Below, piece by piece: positions 54,110 through 63,812 of a DNA stretch of 64,000 nucleotides. The stretch is taken from NCBI GenBank assembly GCA_021129775.1, contig JAJOKP010000067.1, positions 2,794-66,793 on the forward strand. The letters are read 5' to 3'. The stretch is from Clostridiales bacterium. Lineage in GTDB: Bacteria; Bacillota; Clostridia; Peptostreptococcales; NVVX01. The first letter of the stretch is position 1; each line of letters begins with the position of its first letter. Under the pieces are notes generated by a model. The model did no database searches. It saw nothing but the letters and a program-made list of their open reading frames with translations, and was not told the origin of the DNA. Made by a program: the position numbers and the translations under genes.

Positions 54110-54826
54110 GTGATTACAGCAATAATAATGGCATCAGGATTCTCAAGAAGAATGAATAAAGAAAACAGTGAGATCAATAATAATAGCGGTGAAATATCTA
54201 ATCAGAATAAACTGCTAATGGAGATAAAAGGTGAATCGCTGATTGGAAACATACTTAATATAGTAAATGAAATAGATTTTAGCGAGAAAATACTTGTGTA
54301 TAAAGATGAAACAATTGAAGGAAAAGCAAGAAAAATGGGATTTAAAACTGTTTTTAATAGCGGTGCCGAAAAAGGAATGAGCGCATCTTTAAAGCTCGGA
54401 GTTTTAAATGCAAAAACAACTGATGCGTACATGTTTTTTGTTGCGGATCAACCATTGCTTTCGGTTGAAACAATAAAAAGTCTTATAAAAAAAACAGAAA
54501 GACAGGGGACGGTTCCAGAAAGACAGGGGACGGTTCTCTGTCTGGGCGGGAAAAAGACAGGGGACGGTTCTGTGTCTCAGAACGAAGAAATGCCTAAAAA
54601 AACAATTTTTGTCCCAAGGTATAATAAGAAACATGGAATGCCAACAATCTTCCTAGCAAAATGGAAAGACGAATTGCTTAAAATAAAAGGTGATATAGGT
54701 GGGAGAGAGATAATTAAAAAAAATACGAATGAAGTCTTATTTGTAGACATTAAAAATGCATATGAAGGTTTTGATGTTGACACATGGAAAGATTACGAGG
54801 TGATAAGGAAAAATGAGCATATATAG
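54110..54826 (+). CDS. mocA: Molybdenum cofactor cytidylyltransferase with in-frame REP insertion
   Basis: MASGFSRRM..NKLL, GMSASLKLG, ADQP, GDIGGR, DVDT; extra segment ERQGTVPERQGTVLCLGGKKTGDGSVS. Confidence 0.85.
   Translation: MITAIIMASGFSRRMNKENSEINNNSGEISNQNKLLMEIKGESLIGNILNIVNEIDFSEKILVYKDETIEGKARKMGFKTVFNSGAEKGMSASLKLGVLNAKTTDAYMFFVADQPLLSVETIKSLIKKTERQGTVPERQGTVLCLGGKKTGDGSVSQNEEMPKKTIFVPRYNKKHGMPTIFLAKWKDELLKIKGDIGGREIIKKNTNEVLFVDIKNAYEGFDVDTWKDYEVIRKNEHI
54495..54577. repeat. Three GACAGGGGACGGTTC units inside mocA
   Basis: Perfect 21-bp tandem repeat at 54495-54515 and 54516-54536; third unit at 54553-54577. Confidence 0.9.
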
Positions 54827-55607
54827 TGAAATTATAAAATTAGAGGAGCAAAATATATCTTTCGCGATTGCAACGATAATATCTGCCAAAGGATCAACGC
54901 CTAGAACTTCTGCGAAAATGATAGTGAAAAATGACGGTAGTATTATAGGAACTATTGGCGGAGGAGTTGTGGAATCATACGTAATAGAACAAGCTGTTGA
55001 AGCAATTGATAAAAGAAATTCACGTATAGTTGAATACAAGCTAAACAAAGAAGCGAAAGATGGCATACATATGGATTGCGGTGGAGATATGGCTTTTTTC
55101 ATTGAAGTAGTTTCCACGAAACTAGAAATAGTTATTATTGGAGGTGGGCATGTTGGGCACGCTTTGTACGAGCAAGCATGTCTACTTAATTACAAGACCA
55201 TAATAGTTGATAATAGTAAAGAACATGTAAACAAAGATAGATTTTCAAAAGCTACATTTGTGTTTGTAGATGAAGATATACAAGAGGCGATAAATAATGT
55301 GAACATAAATGAAAATACATATATAGTAGTTGTCACTAGAGATTGCGATGAAAAAGCCTTAAAAGCTGTCCTAGACACACGAGCAACATATATTGGCATG
55401 ATAGGCAGCTCTAAAAAAGTAGCGAAGATAATGGGTAGCATGAAGGAGGAGACAGAGGAGAGGATAGGTTTTGTAAATGCGCCTATTGGCTTAGATATAG
55501 GGGCAGAAACTCCAGAAGAAATTGCTTTAAGCATCATGGCTGAAATTATGAAAATCAAAAATAATAAAACAGGGTTATCGCTTAAGGAGATAAAAAAGAA
55601 TGGATAG
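54813..55607 (+). CDS. xdhC: XdhC/CoxI-family Moco chaperone
   Basis: GSTPR..AKM, GTIGGG, CGG, YIGMIGS, APIGLDIGAETPEEIA. Confidence 0.88.
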   Translation: MSIYSEIIKLEEQNISFAIATIISAKGSTPRTSAKMIVKNDGSIIGTIGGGVVESYVIEQAVEAIDKRNSRIVEYKLNKEAKDGIHMDCGGDMAFFIEVVSTKLEIVIIGGGHVGHALYEQACLLNYKTIIVDNSKEHVNKDRFSKATFVFVDEDIQEAINNVNINENTYIVVVTRDCDEKALKAVLDTRATYIGMIGSSKKVAKIMGSMKEETEERIGFVNAPIGLDIGAETPEEIALSIMAEIMKIKNNKTGLSLKEIKKNG

Positions 55608-56421
55608 AAAATTGGTTTTAATAAGAGGAGGAGGAGATATAGCAACGGGGATTGCCCATAGGCTGTTCAAATGTGGGTACTCCATAGTTGTTACGGAGAT
55701 TGGAAATCCGACAGTGATAAGAAGAACAGTATCATTTGCACAAGCGGTATTTGACAACTTGATAGTAGTGGAAGGTGTTACGGCGGTTAAAGTACGAGAT
55801 GTCGAGCAAATAAAGAAAACGCTAAAACAGAAAAAAATTGTGGTAGTAGTGGATGAAAATGCTAGCTTGATTAATAGGATAAAGCCACATATAGTTATAG
55901 ATTCAATACTAGCTAAAAAAAATCTTGGGACGGATATCAATATGGCTCCAATAGTCATAGGAGTAGGTCCAGGCTTTGAAGCTAGGAAAGATGTGCATGC
56001 TGTAGTTGAAACAAATAGAGGGCATTATTTAGGAAGGGTAATTATAAATGGTGATGCACAACGAAATACTGGGACTCCTGCAAATATTGATGGATACACC
56101 TACGAGAGAGTAGTTTGGGCAAAAAAAGAAGGAAAAGTTAGACATAATGTAGAGATTGGGGAGAGAGTAGATGCAGGACAAGTTATTGCATTTACTGATG
56201 ATTACGAAGTGAAAACGAAAATTGGTGGAGTTTTAAGAGGGTTAATACAATCAGGAATCTATGTTAACGAAGGCACTAAGATTGCAGATGTAGATCCTAG
56301 GGCTGAAAGAGACTATTGTTTTACTATTTCTGACAAGGCTAGAGCAATTGCGGGCGGAGTAATAGAAGCGATTTTATGTTTGGAAGCAATGCAAAATGAG
56401 AATTTAGTGGCGAGGGACTAG
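55600..56421 (+). CDS. yqeB: Selenium-dependent Mo-hydroxylase system protein YqeB
   Basis: IRGGGDIATG, RRTVSF, ILAKKN, GPGF, ETNRGHYLG, DVDPR, ISDKARAIAGG. Confidence 0.9.
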   Translation: MDRKLVLIRGGGDIATGIAHRLFKCGYSIVVTEIGNPTVIRRTVSFAQAVFDNLIVVEGVTAVKVRDVEQIKKTLKQKKIVVVVDENASLINRIKPHIVIDSILAKKNLGTDINMAPIVIGVGPGFEARKDVHAVVETNRGHYLGRVIINGDAQRNTGTPANIDGYTYERVVWAKKEGKVRHNVEIGERVDAGQVIAFTDDYEVKTKIGGVLRGLIQSGIYVNEGTKIADVDPRAERDYCFTISDKARAIAGGVIEAILCLEAMQNENLVARD

Positions 56422-56423
56422 GG

Positions 56424-57377
56424 ATGAAAGCGAAGCAGGTATGCAAAAGGCTAAATAAAGCAATTGAAGAAAACAAATACATTTATGGTTTTGTCCACTC
56501 GGCTCATAAAAGAGCTTTCAATATTATGACCAGTGAATTTAAGCTGATTTCCGTTATGTCTTGTGAACATTCAATGGCACCTTGTTCCATTATGCTAGAA
56601 AGAGTGGAGAATTTTATTTCGTTAGGAATAGAGCAAGGAATGAGAGTTATAATTTTTGAAGAGCTGATTGATATTCCACAAGCTAGCCTTGCAATTGATT
56701 TAATGGAGACTGCTATATGGGATCCAAAGCCTAAATTTATTGTTGATAGAGCAAGTAAGAGCGAATTGTACGATAAAATTGCAACTATTGAGCGGTGTAT
56801 TTATAAGTTTGGTAGACTAGAAGGCATAGCGCCTTTAGCATTAAGAGTGAACATATTAAAGCTGAATGAGGATTTCATATGCTCTCGACCCGAATATAAT
56901 AAGTATTGTAAGTTCATTGAAATGAAATTTTTGAGATTAATTGATGATTTGAAAGAAGGCAGATTAAAGGCGGCAGCGGAGATTGCTAAGAGGATAATGG
57001 GATTTGGACCAGGGCTTACGCCATCTGTTGATGACGCACTAGTTGGAATTTTGCTGTCATCCGTGTATTTCGTAAATTACATAGGAGAAAAAGTGGACGA
57101 GATGAACATATTAAGCAGAGAAGTATTAAAAAATGCAAAAGATGAGACTACTGCAATGAGCCTTAAAATGCTGAGATTTGCGGCGAAAGGGGAAACAAGC
57201 GAAGATATAAGAGAGCTATTAATGGATATTTTTAGCAAGAGCGACAATGGGAAACTACTGGGTAGCATAGAAAGAGTTATAACGTGCGGCGCTTCATCGG
57301 GAACGGATATTCTTTGCGGTATCTATTTAGGATGTAGTATTATGCTGAGTAAGTACAAGGTGAGAGACGGTTTGTAG
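56424..57377 (+). CDS. DUF2877 (YlbF/AllH-like) protein
   Basis: GFGPGLTPSVDD and GASSGTD motifs. Confidence 0.8.
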   Translation: MKAKQVCKRLNKAIEENKYIYGFVHSAHKRAFNIMTSEFKLISVMSCEHSMAPCSIMLERVENFISLGIEQGMRVIIFEELIDIPQASLAIDLMETAIWDPKPKFIVDRASKSELYDKIATIERCIYKFGRLEGIAPLALRVNILKLNEDFICSRPEYNKYCKFIEMKFLRLIDDLKEGRLKAAAEIAKRIMGFGPGLTPSVDDALVGILLSSVYFVNYIGEKVDEMNILSREVLKNAKDETTAMSLKMLRFAAKGETSEDIRELLMDIFSKSDNGKLLGSIERVITCGASSGTDILCGIYLGCSIMLSKYKVRDGL

Positions 57378-57852
57378 CGCATTGCTGGTTAAAAACAAAG
57401 GTTGAGTTTTGTATATTTAGCATAAAAAGGAGACAAGTCAATCAGCAAGCTAATGCCTTATGCAGTAACCCCTAGCATCGCATACCATTCGTGCGAAGCA
57501 TTGAATGGTCTTGCAGCTTCTTATAGAGTGGCAAGGCTATTTTTTAATATACTGGCACGAAGACAATATAGCGTACGCTAAAGCTAGTATTCAAAAAAAG
57601 AACCTAGAGATGCACAGCTATGCTTCTTCGAATAAATAGATAATATAATAAAAATTTACAAATTGAAAGATGGTTTATTAAGCAATTAGTATGTTAGTTA
57701 GTTACAAAACTTGATATTTAGGTAGGAAATAGCATTGATAGATGCACTAGGTGTTAAAAATACAAGTTGTAATGCGAAATAGAAAAGTCAAGGAAATTGT
57801 TGTTTTTTAACCTGTAGTGTGGTAAAGTAATGACACTCTAATTTAGAATAGA

Positions 57853-57869
57853 GTTCTGTTTTTCAGAAA
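57853..57869. promoter_or_regulatory. Candidate IclR operator upstream of iclR
   Basis: GTTCTGTTTTTCAGAAA resembles 58804-58820. Confidence 0.5.
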
Positions 57870-57900
57870 ATTATTATTTAAACCCTTAAGGAGGAAAGCT

Positions 57901-58674
57901 ATGATTAAGAAAGAGGACGAAAATATCAAAGTTAAGTCACTTTATAAAAGTTTGAAGATCCTAGAGTGCTTTAGTGCGACGAGTCCAGAACTGGGCATTT
58001 CAGAGATATCAAATACACTAGGTATTTATAAAAGTAATGTTCACAATATACTTACTACACTTCAGGAGGTAGGATACGTTTACAAAAATGAGTTGACTTC
58101 AAAGTATGGGCTTACAAACAAGATGCTAGAATATTCTTATGTTATTACAAGTCAATTAAGCTACGAAAATGTGATTTGCCATACCTTAAAACGCATTTCT
58201 GAAACGCAGAATGTAATTGCTTACTTTGGTGTGCCACATGGGCAATATGTCCTATATATGTTTAATGCTTATCCAAAAACTTATGAAAATGATTATCCCT
58301 TAAGATCAATTATGGGAGAGAAAGCCTCTATGTATTGTACTGCTTTAGGAAAAGCTATGTTGAGTACAATGCCAAAGAGTGAGGTGTTGTCTAGGATTAA
58401 TATGGAGAGGATTAAATTCACTGAGAACACTTTAGTTAATGAAGATGAAATTTTAGAAGATCTGCGATCATGTTCGGGAAGAGGGTATTCTATTGATAAC
58501 ATTGAGCATGAATACAACGTAAAATGTGTCGGTGTACCTATTCTTAATAGGGCAAATAAACTAATTGGAGGATTGTCTGTCTCAGGGTCAGCTCATACTT
58601 TTGGCAATGAAAAAATAGATAAATACGGTAAACTGCTGACTGATATTGCTTTTGAAATAAAAGGTATGCTCTAA
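57901..58674 (+). CDS. IclR-family regulator
   Basis: VKSLYKSLKILE, KSNVHNIL, CTALGKAML, RGYSIDNIE..CVGVP. Confidence 0.92.
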   Translation: MIKKEDENIKVKSLYKSLKILECFSATSPELGISEISNTLGIYKSNVHNILTTLQEVGYVYKNELTSKYGLTNKMLEYSYVITSQLSYENVICHTLKRISETQNVIAYFGVPHGQYVLYMFNAYPKTYENDYPLRSIMGEKASMYCTALGKAMLSTMPKSEVLSRINMERIKFTENTLVNEDEILEDLRSCSGRGYSIDNIEHEYNVKCVGVPILNRANKLIGGLSVSGSAHTFGNEKIDKYGKLLTDIAFEIKGML

Positions 58675-58752
58675 CTAAAAATTTCTGGTTGTTGATAAAA
58701 CAATCAGAGATTTTTAAGTTAGTTAATTGGCAGATTTTTTAAACATTTAATA

Positions 58753-58820
58753 TTGACAATGAATTTAGATATTATATAATTATGTTACGAGATTATGAGC
58801 GTTGTTCTGTATTATAGAAC
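58753..58820 (+). promoter_or_regulatory. sigmaA promoter and downstream operator for the TRAP operon
   Basis: TTGACA-16nt-TATAAT; palindrome GTTCTGTATTATAGAAC at 58804-58820. Confidence 0.65.
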
Positions 58821-59010
58821 AAGAAATGTATCTGATGGCTACCAATTCTAATGCTCCCTTTTCTACAAGTGGTAGATGAGAATTGTAAAACTCGTAGATA
58901 AGCACAATTAAGATTCGGCTAGTGTGAAAACGTTATCTGAATTAAGGTTCTTTTTTATACTTACTTCTGTTCATAATCCGATGGAATTAATTTTTGAGGA
59001 GGAAGGTAAC

Positions 59011-60042
59011 ATGAAAAAAATGACAGTAATTGCTTTGTTGCTATTTTTAGTAGTATCGATGACTGCATGCGCGCCAGACACACCTGTGGATGGAGACTCA
59101 ACCTCAGAGAGTGCAGCTGATGAAAAGATTAAACTTGTGTTTTCAGTTAATGCGGTTCCTGGAGACGCTCATCATTATGCGATGATGAAGTTTGAGGAGG
59201 TAGTAGAAGCTAAATCGAATGGTTTAATAGAAGTCGAAACTCATCATTCTGGTTCGCTTTTCAAGCAAGACCAAGAACTCGCAGCTGTAAAATCTGGGCA
59301 GGTTGATTTTGTATACCTGTCGGCACCATGGTTAACTGAAGGTTCGCCTTGGATTTCTATGTTTACTGCTGGATACATGTTTAGAAGTTACGAACACATG
59401 ACTAATGTTCTTAACGGATAAGTGGGTAAAGATGTATTCGAAAGAGTAGCACAGGAACAAGGAATTCGCCCACTCAGTGCTTTTTATCTTGGAACTAGAC
59501 AAATCAACCTAGTTGAAGATAAGGAAATCAAAGTGCCTGCAGATTTAAACGGGGTAAACTTAAGGATGCCTAACTCAGAGGCTTGGCTGTTTCTTGGGGA
59601 AGCATTAGGTGCAAATCCCACTCCTATAGCATTTTCTGAATTATACATGGCACTGCAAACAGGGACAGTTGATGGGCAGGATAATCCTTTACCAACAGTA
59701 AAAAGTGCAAAGTTTTATGAAGTAACTAAATCTATCACGATTACAAATCACTTAGTTGATAGTGTGTGGCCGGTTATTAATGAAGCGAGGTGGCAATCTT
59801 TAAGTGACAACCAGAAGAAAATTATTTTAGAAGCACTTGAAGAAGCAAGAATACTTTGTGATGATATGAACATTGAGCGAGAGAGAGTATTGGTGCAGTT
59901 CTTCAGAGACGAAGGTTTAATGGTCTACAATGCTGATATTGACGTATTCAGTAAAGAAGTTTTAGGAGCATATCTTGAAAACGAGAAATTGACGGAGAGT
60001 TGGGACATGGATTTATTTGACAGAGTTCAAGCTTTAGAGTAA
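59011..60042 (+). pseudogene. dctP: TRAP solute-binding lipoprotein DctP with in-frame TAA at 59419-59421
   Basis: Lipobox MTAC; VLNG*VGKD in one frame; DLNGVNLRMP, ELYMALQTGTVDGQDNP. Confidence 0.88.
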
Positions 60043-60445
60043 TCTAATAAAGATTTTATTAAATAAAGCTAAGAAAAAATATTGCTGAGTCTGCTATGTT
60101 TGCGCATTAGGCTCCAGTAAGACCAAATCCAAAGAATTTCATTTAAGTTATGTTGAATCACGCATAGAAGCGTGGTTCAACATAGTGGATAAAGATGAGT
60201 CATAGAGGGAGACATTAGCGCTTACTGTGTAAAGGTGAAATCCATTAAAAAAACGTCCTTCGCAGGTATTTCAACCTTCAGTACTGTGAAAAGCTACTTA
60301 CAAGTAATGGTTAAATTGGAAATTCAGCTTCAATAAAAAGAATTGCCTCTCTAAAATATAGCGTGTGGAGCATAAGTACTTAACAAAAATCCTGAAACCG
60401 CAGGTAGATTATACAGAGGGGCAATTATTATTCAGGAGGTTTCTT

Positions 60446-60973
60446 ATGAAGGCTATTGGGAATGTTATGAACAAAATTCGTAGCTTAATTGAAATTTATG
60501 TACCTGTAGTAACTTTTACAGTTATGTTTATTACATTTATTATACAAATTACAATGCGATATGTTTTTAAAAATCCTTTGACTTGGACATTTGAGATAAC
60601 AGTTATTTGTTTCTCGTGGACAGTTATATTCGGGGCATGTTATGCGATGAGGGATAGATCTCATGTGAAATTTACTTTGATATATGATTCCCTTAGCAAA
60701 CGAAAGGCGGCTATTGCTAGAGCTTTAGGAAATTTAATCATTGTTACTGCTTTCTCATTGTTAATTATCCCATCTTATAGATTTATTGCTTTTATGAGTT
60801 TTCAATCGACAGCAGTTTTTAGTGTGAAATTATCTTGGATTTTTATGCCATTTCTATATTTCTTGGTTTCAATAATATTATATACTTTCGAAGAACTAAT
60901 AGAAGATTATAGTGTTATTCGTGGAAAAAGAGGGCGGGTAAAACATAAAAATTTAGAGGAAAAGGTGAATTGA
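60446..60973 (+). CDS. dctQ: TRAP small permease
   Basis: RBS aggagg; QITMRYVFKNPLTWTFE, RSHV. Confidence 0.88.
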   Translation: MKAIGNVMNKIRSLIEIYVPVVTFTVMFITFIIQITMRYVFKNPLTWTFEITVICFSWTVIFGACYAMRDRSHVKFTLIYDSLSKRKAAIARALGNLIIVTAFSLLIIPSYRFIAFMSFQSTAVFSVKLSWIFMPFLYFLVSIILYTFEELIEDYSVIRGKRGRVKHKNLEEKVN

Positions 60974-60974
60974 T

Positions 60975-62264
60975 ATGAGCCTAGCAATGTTTGTTTTGTT
61001 GATTGTGTTTGTTTTAATATTTTTGCTAAGAATGCCAATATCATTGGGAATGATTGCCTCGGGGGCTTTTTATTTTGTAGTAGGGGGTACTGATCTAGGT
61101 TCGGTTGCCAATCATGTTATGAGCACATATTATTCGAATTATGTTCTTATATCAGTGCCACTTTTTATTTTCACTGCAAATGCAATGAATTCAGGAAATG
61201 TCACTGAGATGGTTTTTAAATTTGCAACTGGGCTTGCAGGTGGAGCACGAGGTACTCTAGGGCATGTAAATGTGATTGCATCTTTAGTTTTCTCTGGTAT
61301 GACTGGATCTGCAATTGCAGATGCTTCTGGTCTTGGAAAAACGGAAATTGAGGCTATGAAAGAGGCTGGTTATGATGATGGATTTTCATGCGCAATTACA
61401 GCGGCTTCTGCAACCGTAGGACCAATTTTTCCGCCAAGTATACCTCTTGTAATCTATGCAATGTTATCAGGTGCTTCTGTAGGAGCTTTGTTTCTAGGCG
61501 GTATGTTTCCAGCTGTACTAGTATGTGTAGGGCTGATGATTTATATTAGCGTAGTTGCAAAAGTTAGAGATTACCCAGTAGGAAAAAAGATTCCGTTCCG
61601 CCAGTTTCTGCTGTTTAGCATAAATGCATTGCCAGCTATACTTACTCCTGCCATTTTGCTAACTGGAATATATACGGGTATTATGACACCGACAGAGTCA
61701 GGAGCTGTTGCAGCGGTTTATGTAATTTTGGTGTCATGGTTAGTTTATAAAGCGATGTCATTTAAGGCGCTCCTTCGAATTATTAAAGGCACAGTTCGCG
61801 ACACTGGTGCTATTAGTTTGATGATCGGGGCAGCTTCTATTATTTCATATATTGTAGCTAGAGAGCAAATTGCTAATAGTCTAGCATCTCTTGTTTTAGA
61901 CATTACAGATAACAAATATGTATTCTTACTTATTGTTAATTTGGTAATTTTATTCTTAGGTATGATTATGGATACATCTACTATTCTATTAGTATTTGTA
62001 CCAATATTAATTCCAATGGCGAGAATGCTAGAGATTGATTTAATACACTTTGGTTTAATCACAACACTTAATATGATGATTGGTCTGTCAACACCTCCCT
62101 TTAGAATGTTGCTATTTATCACATCTAGCATATCAAACACGCCTCTTAAAGACGTAATGAAAGAAATTAAGTGGCCTATAGTAGCGATGCTTATTGTTCA
62201 GGCTATAATTACTTTTGTGCCCCAAACAGTTTTGTTTTTACCAAGATTGTTTGGCATGATTTAA
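60975..62264 (+). CDS. dctM: TRAP large permease
   Basis: SGMTGSAIADA, PIFPPSIP, TPTESGA, IGLSTPP. Confidence 0.92.
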   Translation: MSLAMFVLLIVFVLIFLLRMPISLGMIASGAFYFVVGGTDLGSVANHVMSTYYSNYVLISVPLFIFTANAMNSGNVTEMVFKFATGLAGGARGTLGHVNVIASLVFSGMTGSAIADASGLGKTEIEAMKEAGYDDGFSCAITAASATVGPIFPPSIPLVIYAMLSGASVGALFLGGMFPAVLVCVGLMIYISVVAKVRDYPVGKKIPFRQFLLFSINALPAILTPAILLTGIYTGIMTPTESGAVAAVYVILVSWLVYKAMSFKALLRIIKGTVRDTGAISLMIGAASIISYIVAREQIANSLASLVLDITDNKYVFLLIVNLVILFLGMIMDTSTILLVFVPILIPMARMLEIDLIHFGLITTLNMMIGLSTPPFRMLLFITSSISNTPLKDVMKEIKWPIVAMLIVQAIITFVPQTVLFLPRLFGMI

Positions 62265-62287
62265 AATCAATTTATTAGAATAAGGGG

Positions 62288-63205
62288 ATGCGTATGAAAA
62301 AGTATGGTGGAGCTTGGCCAACGATGGTAACTGCATTCGACAATGCAGGAAAGTTGGACTTAGAAGGAAATGCAAGGATCACGAAATATCTTATTGAGAT
62401 GGGAAGCGATGGATTATTTGTAGTTTGTCAATCTAGTGAGATGTTTTTTTTGAGCTTAAAAGAGAAAGCTGATTTAGCGAAGACAGTTGTAGAAGCTGCT
62501 AATGGTAGGGTGCCAGTTATTGCTTCTGGGCATACTTCTGATAAGCTTGAAAATCAAATTGAGGAAATTAGAGAGATTTCTAAAACTGGAATCGATGCAG
62601 TAATTTTAGTTAGTAATCGTCTAGCAAAAAAAAATGATGGTTCGGAAGTGTTTATTAGTAATCTTCAAACTATCTTCGATGAAATCCCCAATGTTGACTT
62701 TGGGATATATGAATGCCCTTACCCATATAGAAGACTATTAACTGACGAAGAGTTGAAATATTGTGTTGATTCTGGACGAATTGTTTTTCTAAAAGATGTT
62801 AGTTGTAACATTGAGATAGAAAAGAAGAGAGTTAGAATAGCAAAAGGCAGTAGTTTACACTTATTTAATGCTAATACTGAAACGTTATTAGACTCTTTAA
62901 TAGCAGGTTATGATGGGTATAATGGTGTAATGGGTAATTTTCATATAGATATTTACAAATGGATATTCGAAAATTACAAGAATCAGCCACTTGAAGCTAA
63001 AAGACTTCAAAAAGAATTAACAGAAGTTGGGACAATTGAGAACTTTCATTATCCTATGAACGCGAAATATCATATGAGAAACAAGGGTGTTGAGATAGAG
63101 ATTGACTCTAGAGTGCTAGATAAAGAAAAATTTACTGCGGAATTTAAAGAGAAAGTACACAAGTTAATAGAGTGGGAAGACGAAACTAGAAAAGGGCTAT
63201 ACTGA
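62288..63205 (+). CDS. DHDPS/NAL-family aldolase
   Basis: PTMVTAF, CQSSE (variant of GTTGE), IYECP, FLKD Schiff-base Lys. Confidence 0.85.
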   Translation: MRMKKYGGAWPTMVTAFDNAGKLDLEGNARITKYLIEMGSDGLFVVCQSSEMFFLSLKEKADLAKTVVEAANGRVPVIASGHTSDKLENQIEEIREISKTGIDAVILVSNRLAKKNDGSEVFISNLQTIFDEIPNVDFGIYECPYPYRRLLTDEELKYCVDSGRIVFLKDVSCNIEIEKKRVRIAKGSSLHLFNANTETLLDSLIAGYDGYNGVMGNFHIDIYKWIFENYKNQPLEAKRLQKELTEVGTIENFHYPMNAKYHMRNKGVEIEIDSRVLDKEKFTAEFKEKVHKLIEWEDETRKGLY

Positions 63206-63219
63206 AAAGGAGGTACGCT

Positions 63220-63807
63220 ATGTATTTAGATATTTTAAAGACTACTGTTAAAGCAGAAATGAGCGCAATACAAACACTTCTTAACAATATGGATGACGAG
63301 TATGAATTGGTTTGTAAAAAACTCCATGAATCCATGGGAAAAGTCGTCTTCATGGGAGTTGGAAAGTCTGGTCACGTAGCGCAAAAATTAGCAGCAACTT
63401 TTGCTAGCACAGGGACACCTAGTTTCTTTATCCATGGGACAGAAGCTTTACATGGTGATTTGGGTATGATAGAAAAAAAAGATATGGTAGTTTTGCTTTC
63501 AAATAGTGGGGATACGCCTGAGATAGTAGCTGCTTTAACAAATCTGGAAAAGATAGGGTGTAAGACGGTTGGGTTTACAGCTAATAGAGATTCATTTTTA
63601 GCTAAAAACAGCGACTATAAATTAATTTATCCAATTACACCTGAAGCAGACTACTTAGGATTGGCACCAACGGCTTCTACTACTACGATGCTAGTCCTAG
63701 GAGATGCTATTGCATGTGCTTTATCGAAGGCCAAGGATTTTAAAAGAAAAGATTTCCACAAATTTCATCCTGGTGGTAGGTTGGGCAAATTGCTGGAAGG
63801 AGAATAG
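63220..63807 (+). CDS. SIS-only KpsF/GutQ-type (arabinose-5-phosphate) isomerase
   Basis: GVGKSGH, STGTPSFF, EALHGDLG, SNSGDT, APTAST, FHPGG; no CBS domains. Confidence 0.85.
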   Translation: MYLDILKTTVKAEMSAIQTLLNNMDDEYELVCKKLHESMGKVVFMGVGKSGHVAQKLAATFASTGTPSFFIHGTEALHGDLGMIEKKDMVVLLSNSGDTPEIVAALTNLEKIGCKTVGFTANRDSFLAKNSDYKLIYPITPEADYLGLAPTASTTTMLVLGDAIACALSKAKDFKRKDFHKFHPGGRLGKLLEGE

Positions 63808-63812
63808 AATTT

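Noticed and set aside
54495-54577. CRISPR-like array
   Set aside because: Repeats are directly tandem or irregularly spaced, there are no unique spacers of constant length, and no cas genes are present.
57440-57620. Possible transposase C-terminal remnant on the minus strand (EAARPFNASHEWYAMLGVTA*)
   Set aside because: Too short and stop-ridden to assign by eye.
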